In this document: positions 1 to 12,600 of the stretch, one piece after another | Layout of the letters: each line of letters starts with the position of its first letter | Numbering within the stretch: the first letter of the stretch is position 1 | Source of the DNA: the human T2T-CHM13v2.0 reference genome, Homo sapiens | NCBI RefSeq assembly: GCF_009914755.1 | Contig: NC_060927.1 | Length of the DNA stretch: 64,000 nt | Reading direction: 5' to 3' (one strand) | Notes under the pieces: model-generated | Seen by the model: the letters and a program-made list of their open reading frames with translations, nothing else | Told to the model about the DNA's origin: nothing | Database searches by the model: none | Made by a program: the position numbers and the translations under genes

Positions 1-1959
1 TTCCATAGATTGATGTATTCTACAATACCACTGAATTAATTTGTTAGTTTTAATAATTTTTGTTGTTGCTTTTAAGCTTTTAAAGATTTCTACAAATATG
101 ATTACATCATGTGCAGGCAGAGACAATTTTACTTCTTTCTTTCCAATTTGAATGACATTTATTTCTTTTTCTTGATTCATTGTTCTACCTAGAACTTCCA
201 ATGCTATGTTGAATAGAAATGGTGAGAGTGGGCAACATCATCTTGTACTAGATCTCAGAGGAAAAACGTTTACCTCACTGATTATGATGTTAGCTGTGAG
301 CTTTTCATAAGTGGTCTTTATTGTGTTGCAGTAAGTTTGTTCTTTATCTATTTTGTTGAAGGATTTTTTTTTTAAACCATGAGCCTATGTGGAATTTTGT
401 CAAATACTTTTTCTGAATATATTGGGATTATCATGTTGTCTGTTAATGTAGTGAGTCACATTGATTGATTATGTTGAAATATCTATGCATCCTAGAGATA
501 AATTCTACTTGATCATGGTGTATAATCCTTTCATGTGCTGCTGAATTTTGTTTGCTAGTATATTATGATGGATTTTGGCATCTATCTTCATTAGGAATAT
601 TGGTCTGTAGTTTCCTTGTGGTGACATGTTTTAGCTTTGGTATCAGGGTGTTGCTGGCCTCATAAAATGAGTTTGGAAGCATTTCCCCCTCTTTTTTTTG
701 AAGTATTCAAGAAGCATTAGTATTCTCTGAATGTTTGGTAGAATTCACCTATGAAACCATTTGGTCCTGGACTTCTCTGCATTGGTAGGTTTTTGATTAC
801 TGATTCAATCTTTTTATTTGTTACTGGTTTGTTCAGATTTTCTATTTCTTTTAGATTCAGTCTCAGTAGGTTGTACATTTGTAGGAATTTATGCCTTTCT
901 TCTAAGTTATCCAATTTGTTGGCAATAATTTTTAAAAAAATCCCTTGTGATCATTTTTATTTCTGTGGCATCCATTGTAATGTCTTTTCTTTTATTCTTA
1001 TTTTATTTATTTGAGATTCCTCTTTTCTTTCTTATTCTAGCTAAGCATTTGTTCACTCTTTACTTTTCTAAACACCAACTTGTAGTATTGTGATTTCTCC
1101 CATTATTTTTCTATTCTCTCTTTGATTTATTTCTGCTTTATTCTTTATTATTTCTTTCCTTCCACTAACTTTGGGCTTACTTTGTTCTTTTTGTAGTTCC
1201 TTGAGATGTAAAGTTAGGTTGTTTATTTGAGAACTGTCTTTCTTAATGTAAGCATTTATCATAATAAACTATCCTGTGAGTACAGCTTTTGCTGCATCCC
1301 ATAAGTTTTGGTGTGTTGTGTTTTTATTTTTGTTTGTCTTCAGATATATTTAAAATTCAATTTTGATTTTCTATTTGACCCAAAGATTACTCGAGAGTAT
1401 ATTGTTTAGTTTCCATGTTTTTGTAAGTGTTCTTATTCTCTCATTGTTAATGATTTCTAGTTTCATTCCACTCTGATCAGAAAAGATACTCAGTATTCTT
1501 TCAATATTAAATTTGTTAAGACTTGTTTTGTAATCTAATGTGACCTAGCTTAGAGAATGTTTCACGTGCACCTAAGAAGAATGTATATTTTTCTGCTGCT
1601 GGGTTGAAAGTTTGGTGTATGTCTGTTGGGTCCGTTTGGCCTATAGTGTTGTTCAAGTCTTCCTTTTCCTTATCAATTTTCTGTGTAGGTATTTTCTTGA
1701 AAGTGGATACTGAAGTATCCTACTCACACTATGCTGGTTAATTTCTTCCTACTGATCTGTCAATACTTTCTTTATATGTTTAGGTGTTCTGATGTTGGGT
1801 ACATATATATTTATGCTTGTTATATCTTTCTATTGAATTCACACTTTTATCATTATATAATGACTTTCTTTGACTCTAAGAGGCAATTTTTGACTTATAT
1901 AATCTATTTCATCTTATATATATATATATAACATGCAAATGGTAAACAGAAAAAAGCAG

Positions 1960-1996
<37 letters not shown>

Positions 1997-4215
1997 GATA
2001 TGATAATTTGCATGAATTATCTTTCCATCCCTTCACTTTTAGACTTTGTATAGCTTTTTAAGTCTAAAGCAAATTTCTCATAGACAGCATATAGTTAGAT
2101 CTTATTTTTTAAAAATCTAAACAGCCACTCTATGTCTCCTCATTGGAGAGTTTAATCTATTTACATTTAAAGTTATTATTAATAGGGAAGGATTTACTGT
2201 TGTAATTTTGTTAACTTTTTTGTGTCTGTCATGTAGTTCTTTATTTTTTTCTTTCTTGCTGTCTTCCTTTGTAGTTTTGTGTGTGTTTATGTGTGTGTGT
2301 ATGTGTGCTGATATTCTTGGATTAATTTCTCTTTTTCTTTTGTGTAACTTCCATATATATATATTTTGTTAATGGTTTCTATGGGGCTTATATAAAATAT
2401 CTTATTGCTATAAATTTATTTTAAGCTGCTAACACTTTCACTTTCATAAAAAGCTCTACATTGTTACCTCTTGTTTCTTCAACATTCTATGTTATTGATG
2501 TCACAATTTATATCTATTTGTATTGCATGCCTATTAACATAATTTTAGTTAGTTTTGCTAATACTTTTTTAACTTATATACTATAATTAAAAGTGATTTA
2601 CCTGCTACCATTACAGTAACCCAGTATTCTATATTTTTATATATATTTACTTATTTACTTTTAGAAATGGCTTTTATATATTTTTATGCTATCTTATTGC
2701 TGTTTGGTGTCCTGTTATTTCAACTTGAAGAACTCTCTTTAGCATTTCTTGAAAGGCAAATAGAGTAGTGATTAACTCTCTCAGACTTTGTTTATCTAAG
2801 AAAGTCTTTCTTTCCTTCATTTTAGAAAGAATCTTGCCTGGTATAGTATTCTTGATGGGCTGGTTTAAAATTATATTTTTATGTTCATCACTTTGAATAT
2901 ATCATCCCACCCTCTAGCCTGAAAAATTTCAGCTGAAAAATCTGCTAATAGTATTATGAAGGTTCACTTATATGTGGTAAGTTGCTTTTCTCTTGCTGCT
3001 CAAAATTCTCTCTTTAACTTTTGTCAGTTTAATTATAATGTGTCTTGCTATGGATCTCTTATCTTATTTCATGCCCTTTTGGCTTCCTGGATCTGGATGG
3101 CTATTTACTTCTAAAGATTTGGAGAATTTTCCACCATTATTCACTTGAATAAGCTTTCTGCCATTTTTTTCTCTCTTTTCTCCTTTTAGAACTTGCATAA
3201 TGTGTTTATTTGCTTGATTGTGTCCCATAAGTCTCTTAAGCTATATTCACTGTTTTTCATTTCTTTTCTTGTTTTCTTTTTACTTCTCCAGATGATTTTC
3301 AATGAGCTGTATTCAAGTGATTTCTTCTCAAATGACTTACCTGGCTGATCTACCTGTTGTTGAACCCCTCTATTGAATTTTTCATTTCAATTATTATATT
3401 CTTCATCTCTATTATTTCTTTTTAATCCTTTAAACTATTTTCTGTCTGTTTGTTGAAATTCTAACTTTTCTCATATATTACTGTCCTGAACTTGGAAGTA
3501 TTTTATGGCTTTTATTTTGAATTCTCAGTGAATTCTAAGCCACGTATCTTCATTTTCATCAGAGTAGCTTTTTGATTTATCATGTTCTTTTATTTGAAAT
3601 ATATTTCCCTTTTCAGTTTTTTTTTAATTCTCTGTGTTGATGTGCGTACATAAGAAGAAACAGCTATCTTTTCAAGTCTTCACAGACTGGTCTCATATGA
3701 AATAAGACACTAACCAATCAGCATAGCCAGAGATTTTCAATGCCTCTGAAATGTCCATGCTCATTCAAACCTCTATCTCAAACCCAGGAGCCTGGAATGT
3801 GCCAAATCCCACCAGTGTCCCAAGACAGGAAGTCAGAAGCCAGTCCATCTAGTAGCAAGTAAAAAAATTGGGGCATTAGATGGCTGGTCCAATCCCTTCT
3901 CTCCTCAGAGAGAAGCTGAAAGCTGGAGTTTATCACCCACTTACTCCCCTTTGAGCTGGGGAGAAGAGCTATAGCAATGCCTGTACTCTCGTTCATTCTG
4001 CACACTCTTTCAAACTGTGTTTTTGCTCTCTGCAGCTCCCAGGGGCCTAGCAGATGCCAGATCCCAGTGGCTCTCAGGGATAGTCAAGTTAGAAGCCAGT
4101 CCCTTGGGTAGCAGGCAGAAAAGTTGGGCAGCTGGATATGTTGTGCAACTCCCAGGGAGAAGCTGAAAGAAGCCAGATAATTGGGGCACTAGATGTGCAG
4201 TACAACTCCTTCCAG
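1..4215 (-). mobile_element. Old LINE-1 (L1M-type) fragment: 5' region, ORF1 remnant and N-terminal ORF2; runs off the window start
   Basis: Minus-strand ORF2-like peptides (INAYIKK..SQINNLTLHLKEL, 1068-1262; IESVIKNLP..SPGPNGFIGEFYQTF, 717-914); endonuclease-like codons at 1.8-2.05 kb; many stops and frameshifts. Confidence 0.9.
1914..1996. repeat. (TA)n/(TG)n microsatellites flanking an inverted L1 segment
   Basis: TA run ~1915-1930, TG run ~1961-1982, TA run ~1983-1996. Confidence 0.95.
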
Positions 4216-4229
4216 AACTAATTTCCTCT

Positions 4230-4560
<331 letters not shown>

Positions 4561-4735
4561 ATTTCCTCTTCTTATAAAGATGCCAGTGATATTGAATTAG
4601 AGCCCTCTCTAACAATCTTATTTTAACTCAGTTACCTCTTTAAACACCGTATCTCCAAATACAATCACATTGTGAGATACTAGGGGTTAGGATTTCAACA
4701 CATAAATTTGGCAGTGGGAGGGAGGGAGTCCAGCC
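4561..4735 (-). mobile_element. MLT1-type MaLR LTR fragment (target of the AluYb8)
   Basis: CCTCTTCTTATAAAGA...TATCTCCAAATACAATCACATT...GGGGTTAGGATTTCAACA resembles the MLT1A-C consensus. Confidence 0.75.
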
Positions 4736-4879
4736 CATATCACTGCTCCCTTCTCTCGCAGAAAATTACATGTGCATATGTGGGGTTTCTCAAAACCTTC
4801 AAGTCTCTGATTTTCCCTGCTACTTCCTGGCTTTTCTTCTGTAGGCTTTTGTTGGCTCTACTTCCTCTTCTTGTCCTCT

Positions 4880-5920
4880 GCTTTTCTCTATCTACTCATA
4901 CTTTTTATAGACAGTTTCATCCAATCTCCCCTCAGGGATTCTAATGGCCATCTCAAATTCAACATGGCCAAAACAGAAATTTTGATAACTTTCACCCTCA
5001 AATCAATACCTTCTGTCTCTTCTAATTACTACCATTGCTAAGAATCAAAACTTTGGAGTCATTTAAACTTTTTGTATCCTCACACCATGCATTGAATGCA
5101 GAAAAAAATCCCATTGGCTCCATCATGAAATATAAATTCTAATTTCCAAATTACATTCTCACCACTTCAACGGCTATATCATCCTAGTTCAAGCCTACAT
5201 TATCTCAAATTATAGCCATTTCTTCCTAAGTAGTTTCCATGCTTTTAAAAAATTCTTTAATTCTCTACATTTCCCTAGATTGATCTTTTAAAATTATAAT
5301 CCTGAATTGTGGCTATGTGATGTATACATGTGTAAAACATGTGGTCTGTACATTTGAGATTCTCTTGGTTTGCTTTATGTACATTTTTAATTCAATTCCA
5401 GTGGATGCAGAGAAAACAAACATGGTTCAGTTAATTTCTTATCCCTTCTCAAATATCTTCAGTGGCTAAACAGTATGTTCTTAGTTCTCTGCAAGTTCCA
5501 TATTCTGGATACCCTGGAGCCCCTCACTTCACTTGTCACTGTCAGTCACTTATTCCACACTTTACACTATTTTCACTGCTCTTCTTACTATTTTTTTTTG
5601 TGTGCACCAAGTTATTGTTTATCTTAGGGTTTTATACCTGTGCCTCAAACACCTTTTTTAAAAAAAATCCCTTCTGTCCTTTTCAAATATCACTCCATTA
5701 GAGAAGACCCTACCTGATTGCTCTATAGCAAATAACATAGCTCCTCTTTCATTATTCTTTATCTTCTCTCACTGCATTTTTTTCCTGCACAGAAATGATA
5801 TTTTCAGGATATTATATATTTATGTATTATTTTGAATTTTGTCTGTTTTCTCCATTAGTGTATTCCCAAACCTACAATAATGCTTAGTACATTGCTAGTA
5901 CTCAGTAAGTATTCTGAATG
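4880..5920 (+). mobile_element. L2 3' fragments
   Basis: CATCTCAAATTCAACATGGCCAAAACAGAA and 3'-end-like TAGTACTCAGTAAGTATTCTGAATGA. Confidence 0.65.
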
Positions 5921-5967
5921 ACATAACAAAATATGCCTATAAAATCAAAACAACTTAAAACATCATT

Positions 5968-7369
5968 TTGAAACCTGGGACCCTGGTGGTGTAGGCACCC
6001 AAAGGAATCTCCTGGCCATTGGAACAGAACAGAGGCCTCAGAAATAACACCACACACCTACAAACATCTGATCTTTGACAAACCTGACAAAAACAGGAAA
6101 TGGGGAAAGGATTCCCTATTTAACAAATGGTGTTGGGAAAACTGGCTAGCCATAGGCAGAAAACTGAAACTGGACCCCTTCCTTACACCTTATACACAAA
6201 TTAACTCAAGATGGATTACAGCCTTAAATGTTAGACCTAAAACCATAAAAACTCTAGAAGAAAACTTAGAAATACCATTCAGGACATAGGCATGGACAAA
6301 GTCTTCATGACTAAAACACCAAAAGCAATGGCAACAAAAGCCAAAATAGACAAATGGGATCTAATTAAACTAAAGAGCTTCTGCGCAGCAAAAGAAACTA
6401 CCATCAGAGTGAACAAGCAACCTACAGGATGGGAGAAAATTTTTGCAATCTACTCATCTGACAAAGGGCTAATATCCAGTCTACAAGGAACTTAAACAAA
6501 TTTCCTAAAAAAAACAAACAACCCCATCAAAAAGTGGGTGAAGGATATGAACAGACACTTCTCAAAAGAAGTCATTTAAGTGGCCAACAAACATATGTAA
6601 AAAAGCTCATCATCACTGGTCATGAGAGAAATGCAAATCAAAACCACAATGAGATACCATCTGAAGCCAGTTAGAATGGCGATCATTAAAAAGTCAGGAA
6701 ACAACAGATGCTGGAAAGGATGTGGAGAAATAGGAATATTTTACACTACTGGTGGGAGTGTAAATTAGTTCAACCATTGTGGAAGACAGTGTGGCAATTC
6801 CTCAAGGATCTAGAACTACAAATACCATTTGATCCAGCAATCCCATTACTGGGTGTATACCTAAAAGATTATAAACCGTTCTACTATAAAGACACATGTA
6901 CACGTATGTTTATTGCGGCACTATTCACAATAGCAAGGACCTGGAACCAACCCAAATGCCCATCAATGATAGCCTGGATAGAGAAAATGTGGCACATATA
7001 CACCATGGAATACTATGAAGTCATAAAAAAGAATTAATCCGTGTCCTTTGCAGGGACATGGATGAAGCTGGAAACCATCATTCTCAGCAAACTAACACAG
7101 GAACCGAAAAACAAACACCATGTTATCACTCATAAGTGAGAGTTGACATGAGAACACAGGGACATAGGGAGGGGAACATCATGCACCAGGGCGTGTTGCA
7201 GGGTGGAAGACAAGGGGATGGATAGCATTAGGAGAAATACCTAATGTAGATGATGGATTGATAGGTTGATGGGTGCAGCAAACCACCATGGCACATGTAT
7301 ACCTATGTAACAAACCTGCACGTTCTGCATAGGTATCCCAGAACTTGAAGTACAATAATTAAAAAAAAA
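5968..7369 (+). mobile_element. 5'-truncated L1PA (about PA7/8) with a short inverted 5'UTR piece at 5968-6015
   Basis: ORF2 C-terminal peptides ([24 protein letters not shown]; [14 protein letters not shown]), 3'UTR, A tail 7361-7369; CATTTTGA on both flanks. Confidence 0.93.
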
Positions 7370-10300
7370 CATTTTGACCACAATTTTGAGACTATTTTGA
7401 AGAAAACTTAGTTTAAAGTACTCTCTTCTGCTCCAATTCTCCATTTTGCTTTGTATGCAGAGCTTCAGCTTAAATGGAATCTGTTGGAGGTAATTCCATG
7501 AAGAAAAAAAAAGAAGAAAAGAAAGAAAAAAATTCATTTTTAATTCTACATAATTTTGATAGTTAAACTTTACTAAAATTTGATCAAAAATTACTTTTGC
7601 TGTCATACACAATCAGAGAGACAAACTTCTCTGTTTGTGTATGGCACATGTATGCTTTTCCTCTAAATATTTGCAGCTAAATAGAGTCCTGCCATTTAAA
7701 AGATATTTTCAAATGGAAAGAATTATGCAAGTACAACTATCCCCACACTATGTAAACAAGATGTACCCCAAAACATATAATGAGTTTTGGCCATTTTAAT
7801 CTGCTTTTAGTATATTAGGGGAAGACTATTTCTAAAAAGTAACACTCTGAAATATTTTGCAAAACAAAGCAACGATTTATAATACTTATATTCTGCCTCT
7901 AAGTTTCAGTAATTTAAAAATCTTGGAGAAATCTTAATTTATTAGACTCTTTTTTATATGTAAAAAAATAATTATTCTAAGAATAATTATAATAACAATG
8001 AAATGATCACAGGGTAATTATAAAATGAAATAAAATAATTATGAGCAAACATAAAGTACAATAGTTTTTAAATACTAGAAATTATTCTTCAAGCAAAAAC
8101 AAGAAATATTTGAGCGCTCGTGGTTTGACGCACAGTGACAGAACAATGGAAAAGTGTATTTCATCTCTAAAATAAGAAAACCATGTTTGAAATAAAAGAT
8201 ACAGAAACTTTTTCAATTAATCAGTGCCTGATAAATATAACTGGTTAATCTTGACAATAAAAGTCAAGCTTATCATCACTTTTATTTTTTTCTAAGTTTT
8301 AATTTTGGTTCAATTGATTGTCCATAAACTTAGCATCATTTTCTCAAGTTTTCCTTCTAAAATTGAGTATAAATTTACTCTTAAAAATGAATTGCTTACC
8401 TTTCCAATTTTTAAGAAATATCCTTCAAAGTGTTAATTAGGACTTGTAGACACACTAGACAACAAGATCACAAGTAGAAATACCTTATTTTTCTATGTGT
8501 CCCACCTTTCCTTGTCCTCACCAACCTATGACTACAAATAACGTTATACTTCTTTATTCAGTCAAATAATAATGGCGTAAGACCCAAGCCATGTACTTCC
8601 TTTCTAGAAATTACTCCTGCATAAAAGGTTTTCCACATGTTTCTGAGAGTTTTCTTCCAGACAGTTCTGCACCACATGACTCCAAAGCAAGAGCCTCAAA
8701 TTTTTTTACTTGGGCAGTTTTCTTACCACTAGTCAGCCACCCCTGTTGCCGAAGATACTTGTGAAGCAGGAGCTTTGCTGGGCAAAGCTGTTTGCGCTAA
8801 TGCTTCTACTACTTCCACCATACCTATCTCAGGTGTGGTTGCGCTCATGAACCTGTTCCAAGGTCAGTTTGTCTACTCTTAACTGCTGCACAGATGTTGG
8901 CTGCTTCTGGAAGCCAGGCCCTGCACTGCTCTGCCATGACTGCTAATGGCAACCTCACTCTATCCTGCTATTGGCAAACAGCAGAAACCCACTGCCCCTA
9001 CTCTCTTCCATACTGGCCCTACATGACTGGAGAATGCCATTCCACTCCAGGAATCACTGTAGGCCTTTCCAGACTTGAAGTTTATTCTCCTCTAGCTCCA
9101 GGCCCTGGGAGAAAGACCGTCCTCCATCTCAGTTCAGGTTTGTGGCTGACAATCTACCCCAGGATTAACCACTACTTGGGATGATTGACAGTGGGAATAC
9201 CCTTTCACTTCAGGGAATAATTCTGTCTTAACCCTCCAAGTTATAGACTTGAACTACGCCTCTGATAAGGCCATTAAAAATTAACCCAAGATGGGCAAAT
9301 TTCCTGAAATCCAACTATTCAGTCTTTCTTATGATTACTTTGTTACTTATATTAAAACCAGACTGCTACTTGATACCTTGAAAGCTTTTAAAGTTTGAAC
9401 TGAATGACCATCCAGGCTGAATACAGTTAATAAATCTTAACAATGAAGCTCATTTTGTTAAAGGCTACCAGTAACTACGTAAGTAACACTTTATAGTATA
9501 CTTAACATTCTTTGTAATTTAACTACAGGCAATAACTCACATATCTGCTAATTTCTAGCTTTTTACTGATCTTCAGAACATACTGGTTATAATTTGATGA
9601 CCATATCAGACATGCCTTCAGTGCAAATTATAATTTGATTTCTCTAAATAAAATATACATTATAATTATAAAATATATATTGGAACTACATGTTTAGAAA
9701 TACTGAGTCTTGCTTGATACAAGGGCATGTACCTAATGTATACCCATTGTCTTATGGGGGATGGTGCTCTCTCCTGCAAGCAAATCTGTATCCAAGTGCT
9801 CTTTGTTCTTATCACTCCACTATTAAGTAATTGCCTAAGACTTGAGAAGTATCTAAATAAGAACATTACATAATAAGATCTACTGGACTTAACTCCGTTC
9901 CCAGATGTTCAAACTCATATTGACTTTTACTTTCTTACTCAGAACATCTATTATATGTGACCATTCATGTACAAATGAGGCTAAGTAATTATGCAGGGTA
10001 TTAGCATATTGGTGCACAGTGATGTGAAGTGAATTCCAGATAACCCTCTGAGCTTTTATATGAAAATGGGAAGAAACTGATATCCATTTAAATACCACAA
10101 GAGATGTTCTTTTATTCTACTGAGAGGCATTTCTTCGAGTGAACTTTAGGATCATCATGTTCAGGCACAAATACAATGAAAGTTGCAAATCTCCATACTT
10201 TACAATGTCGTTTTGTATCTAAGAGTCTGTCTAGTTCATAGTAAAAACATAATTAAAATTTATATTTGGACTTAGGCAAAATGTCCTGGTATATAGTTCC

Positions 10301-11039
10301 AGCTCTATGCATTTATTTGCAAAAGACTTTGAGTCTTTTCATAAATAACTTGTACACACTTCAGGATCAGAGTACATTTAAATATCTGCTGACCTTTGGA
10401 GAGGGCCCAAATAAATCTAAACTACAGAGAGTGCTGTGAGATCTTTGAGAGAATGTGAAGGGATAAATAGTCTCATCAGTCCAACTGGATTTGGTAACAT
10501 AGCCTGATTTGTAGGGGTCAGTGACTCTGAGGACAGTGACAGGCTGCATTTGAACTCACTTTTCCCAAGGCCTCTATGCAGTTCCTGTGTGCCCTGTAGA
10601 AGAGTGCTGAATATGAAACACCAGGATTTCCAGTGCGGCAAAATTAGGATTTATTGCCCAAAATAGGACATTTTTGAGAGGCAGTGAGGATTCCACAAAA
10701 AGCACCAAAGATTTACAGGTGGACTTTGATGGTAAAGAGTTCTGGGAGCCATAGGCAAGAGTTGACTCAGAGGCAGAGACCCAAAGGCAAGTCATGAAGG
10801 CAAAGATTTCTGAGTTGCATTCCACCATCTGCTGTGTAGAAGAAGCAGCTTGCAGCTCATGAAGTAGTCTGTGCAGAGAGTGGTGGTCAGTGACAGAGGC
10901 ATGGAGCAGCAGCCTGAGGGAGTCCATGTAGTGATCCTCGGTGGGTGTGGCCATGATCCCCAATGACCATAGGAACCATCGAAGACTTAAAGCAGAGGAG
11001 AGCCACAGCATGGGTGGTGATGTGAGTAAAAGGGATAAA

Positions 11040-11452
11040 AGACTGACCAAATGTCCTGGTTTGCATGAGATGGTCCTGGCATAATTATCAATGGTACTTC
11101 TGTACTTCTGTACATTAGGTGCTATTAGTGACTCACTCAGATTATTTTATAGCCTGGTGTACCCATATCTCAATTGGTGTGTAGACTGCTGATGACTTAC
11201 AGCTGACATCACATCAGCCCCTTTCTGTACAACACACACATACATGCAAGCGGAATTATCTCAGCTTTCAGAAAGAGGCCCTTCAGGAGTGAGTCACAGT
11301 CAATGGTATAGTTTTACCTGAAGAACACTCCCTTGATGAATTATGTCCACATGAATCCTTATTTTAGGTGGGCTCCACTTCCTGGGAAGTTGCTCTAAGG
11401 CAGCCTTTTTCACTCTCAATAGTGTCCTGATTTGGATAATAAATTTGCCCTA
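11040..11452 (+). mobile_element. MER94-like hAT DNA transposon relic split by an LTR
   Basis: TGACCAAATGTCCTGGTTTGC...CATAATTATCAAT (11044-11092) and CTTTTTCACTCTCAATAGTGTCCTGATTTGGATAATAAATT (11405-11445) resemble the two halves of MER94. Confidence 0.6.
11100..11402 (+). mobile_element. LTR16-like ERVL solo LTR
   Basis: ACTGCTGATGACTTACAGCTG, GGAATTATCTCAG and 3' end CACATGAATCCTTAT...CTTCCTGGGAA...CTAAGGCA. Confidence 0.5.
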
Positions 11453-11819
11453 AGTGTCAAAGTCTAGCACAGGCAACATCAGCAGAGGCAAGCAGAGTGA
11501 AGGTGAGTCCTGGTTGAGAGAATCAGTGAGATTGCAAGACAGCAGCAGGCAGGTGGAAAGAAATGAAAAGAGATTGTGGGCAGACCATATATGACAGCCC
11601 CACGCTAGAGATTTCACAGCTATACTATACAGAAGAGAGATGAGGTGCTGTGCTAGTGTGTGAGAACTGTTGATCCAACAGGCTTCGGTTCTAACTGTTA
11701 AAGTGAACTTGATTTGTGTGATCCTAGAAAATATTCTGTTTGTACTGCTTTTAATGTAACCTAGATGTTGGCTGAAATTACTCTATCCTTGTTAGTAAGA
11801 AAATAATAGCACAGTTTTA

Positions 11820-12600
11820 CTGACTCCCTTTGGCAATATGAAGGCCACTGGTGAGATTACCTGAGAGCTGATGCAGTGGAGTCTTGTGGGGGAGTCATAC
11901 TTGATTGGAAGACCAAGAGGGGAGGGAGGGAGCGGTGATATAAGAGACTACTTTGAAGAGTTTGTTACGAAGATAATCAGTAAACAGAGCTGTAGACGGA
12001 AGGTGACCAATGTCTAAAGATGATCTTTTTAAAATATGGAAAATACTGGGGTATATTTCTATGCCAATAATAAAATTAGCTAATGCTTATATAGCTTAGC
12101 ACATACTAGAATGTGTTCTAAGTGTTTTACAAGTACCAATTTATTTAATTCATAATATTCATAAGAACCTCTTATTTTACAGATAAAATTGACTCACAAA
12201 AAGTGTTAGTAATGGACTCAATGGAGCTACTAAAGGGCGAGGCCAGGATTTCAAACCCAGTTATTTCCCATGCTCTTTAGAATACAGGAATACTGGCTCA
12301 CATAAACATAGAAATGGTCCTCTCCGGAGAGAGAAGTTGATTGAGACAAAAAAGAGAATACTGCAGGAGCCAAAGTACTACAGGTGTGAAAGAGGATTGG
12401 GATTAGTATGCAAGTGAAGAGATTCAAAATTTAGAAACCAGGACAATTCATTTGCTGGACTATAGATGAAGGGAGGTTGTTAGGCCTCTGTGGTGACTAT
12501 ACTCTGATTTTGTTTTTATTTCCTCAACGTAATAAGAGGTAGGAGTGAAGTGAAGAAGGGCAGTATTGAACATTTTAGAAGAGAGAAGAGGTGTGAAATA
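11820..12600 (-). mobile_element. L2 relic with a nested MIR (~12065-12280)
   Basis: Purine-rich L2-like sequence; MIR core ATTTTACAGATAAAATTGA...GCCAGGATTTCAAACCCAG. Confidence 0.55.

Noticed and set aside
3860-4215. Three degenerate repeats (TTGGGGCA.TAGATG...GAGAAGCTGAAAG), superficially array-like
   Set aside because: Irregular spacing within the L1M 5' region, where monomer-like repeats are expected; not CRISPR-like
10574-11050. 158-aa minus-strand ORF with a hydrophobic N-terminus
   Set aside because: Non-ATG start inside a transposon relic, no recognisable domain or splice context
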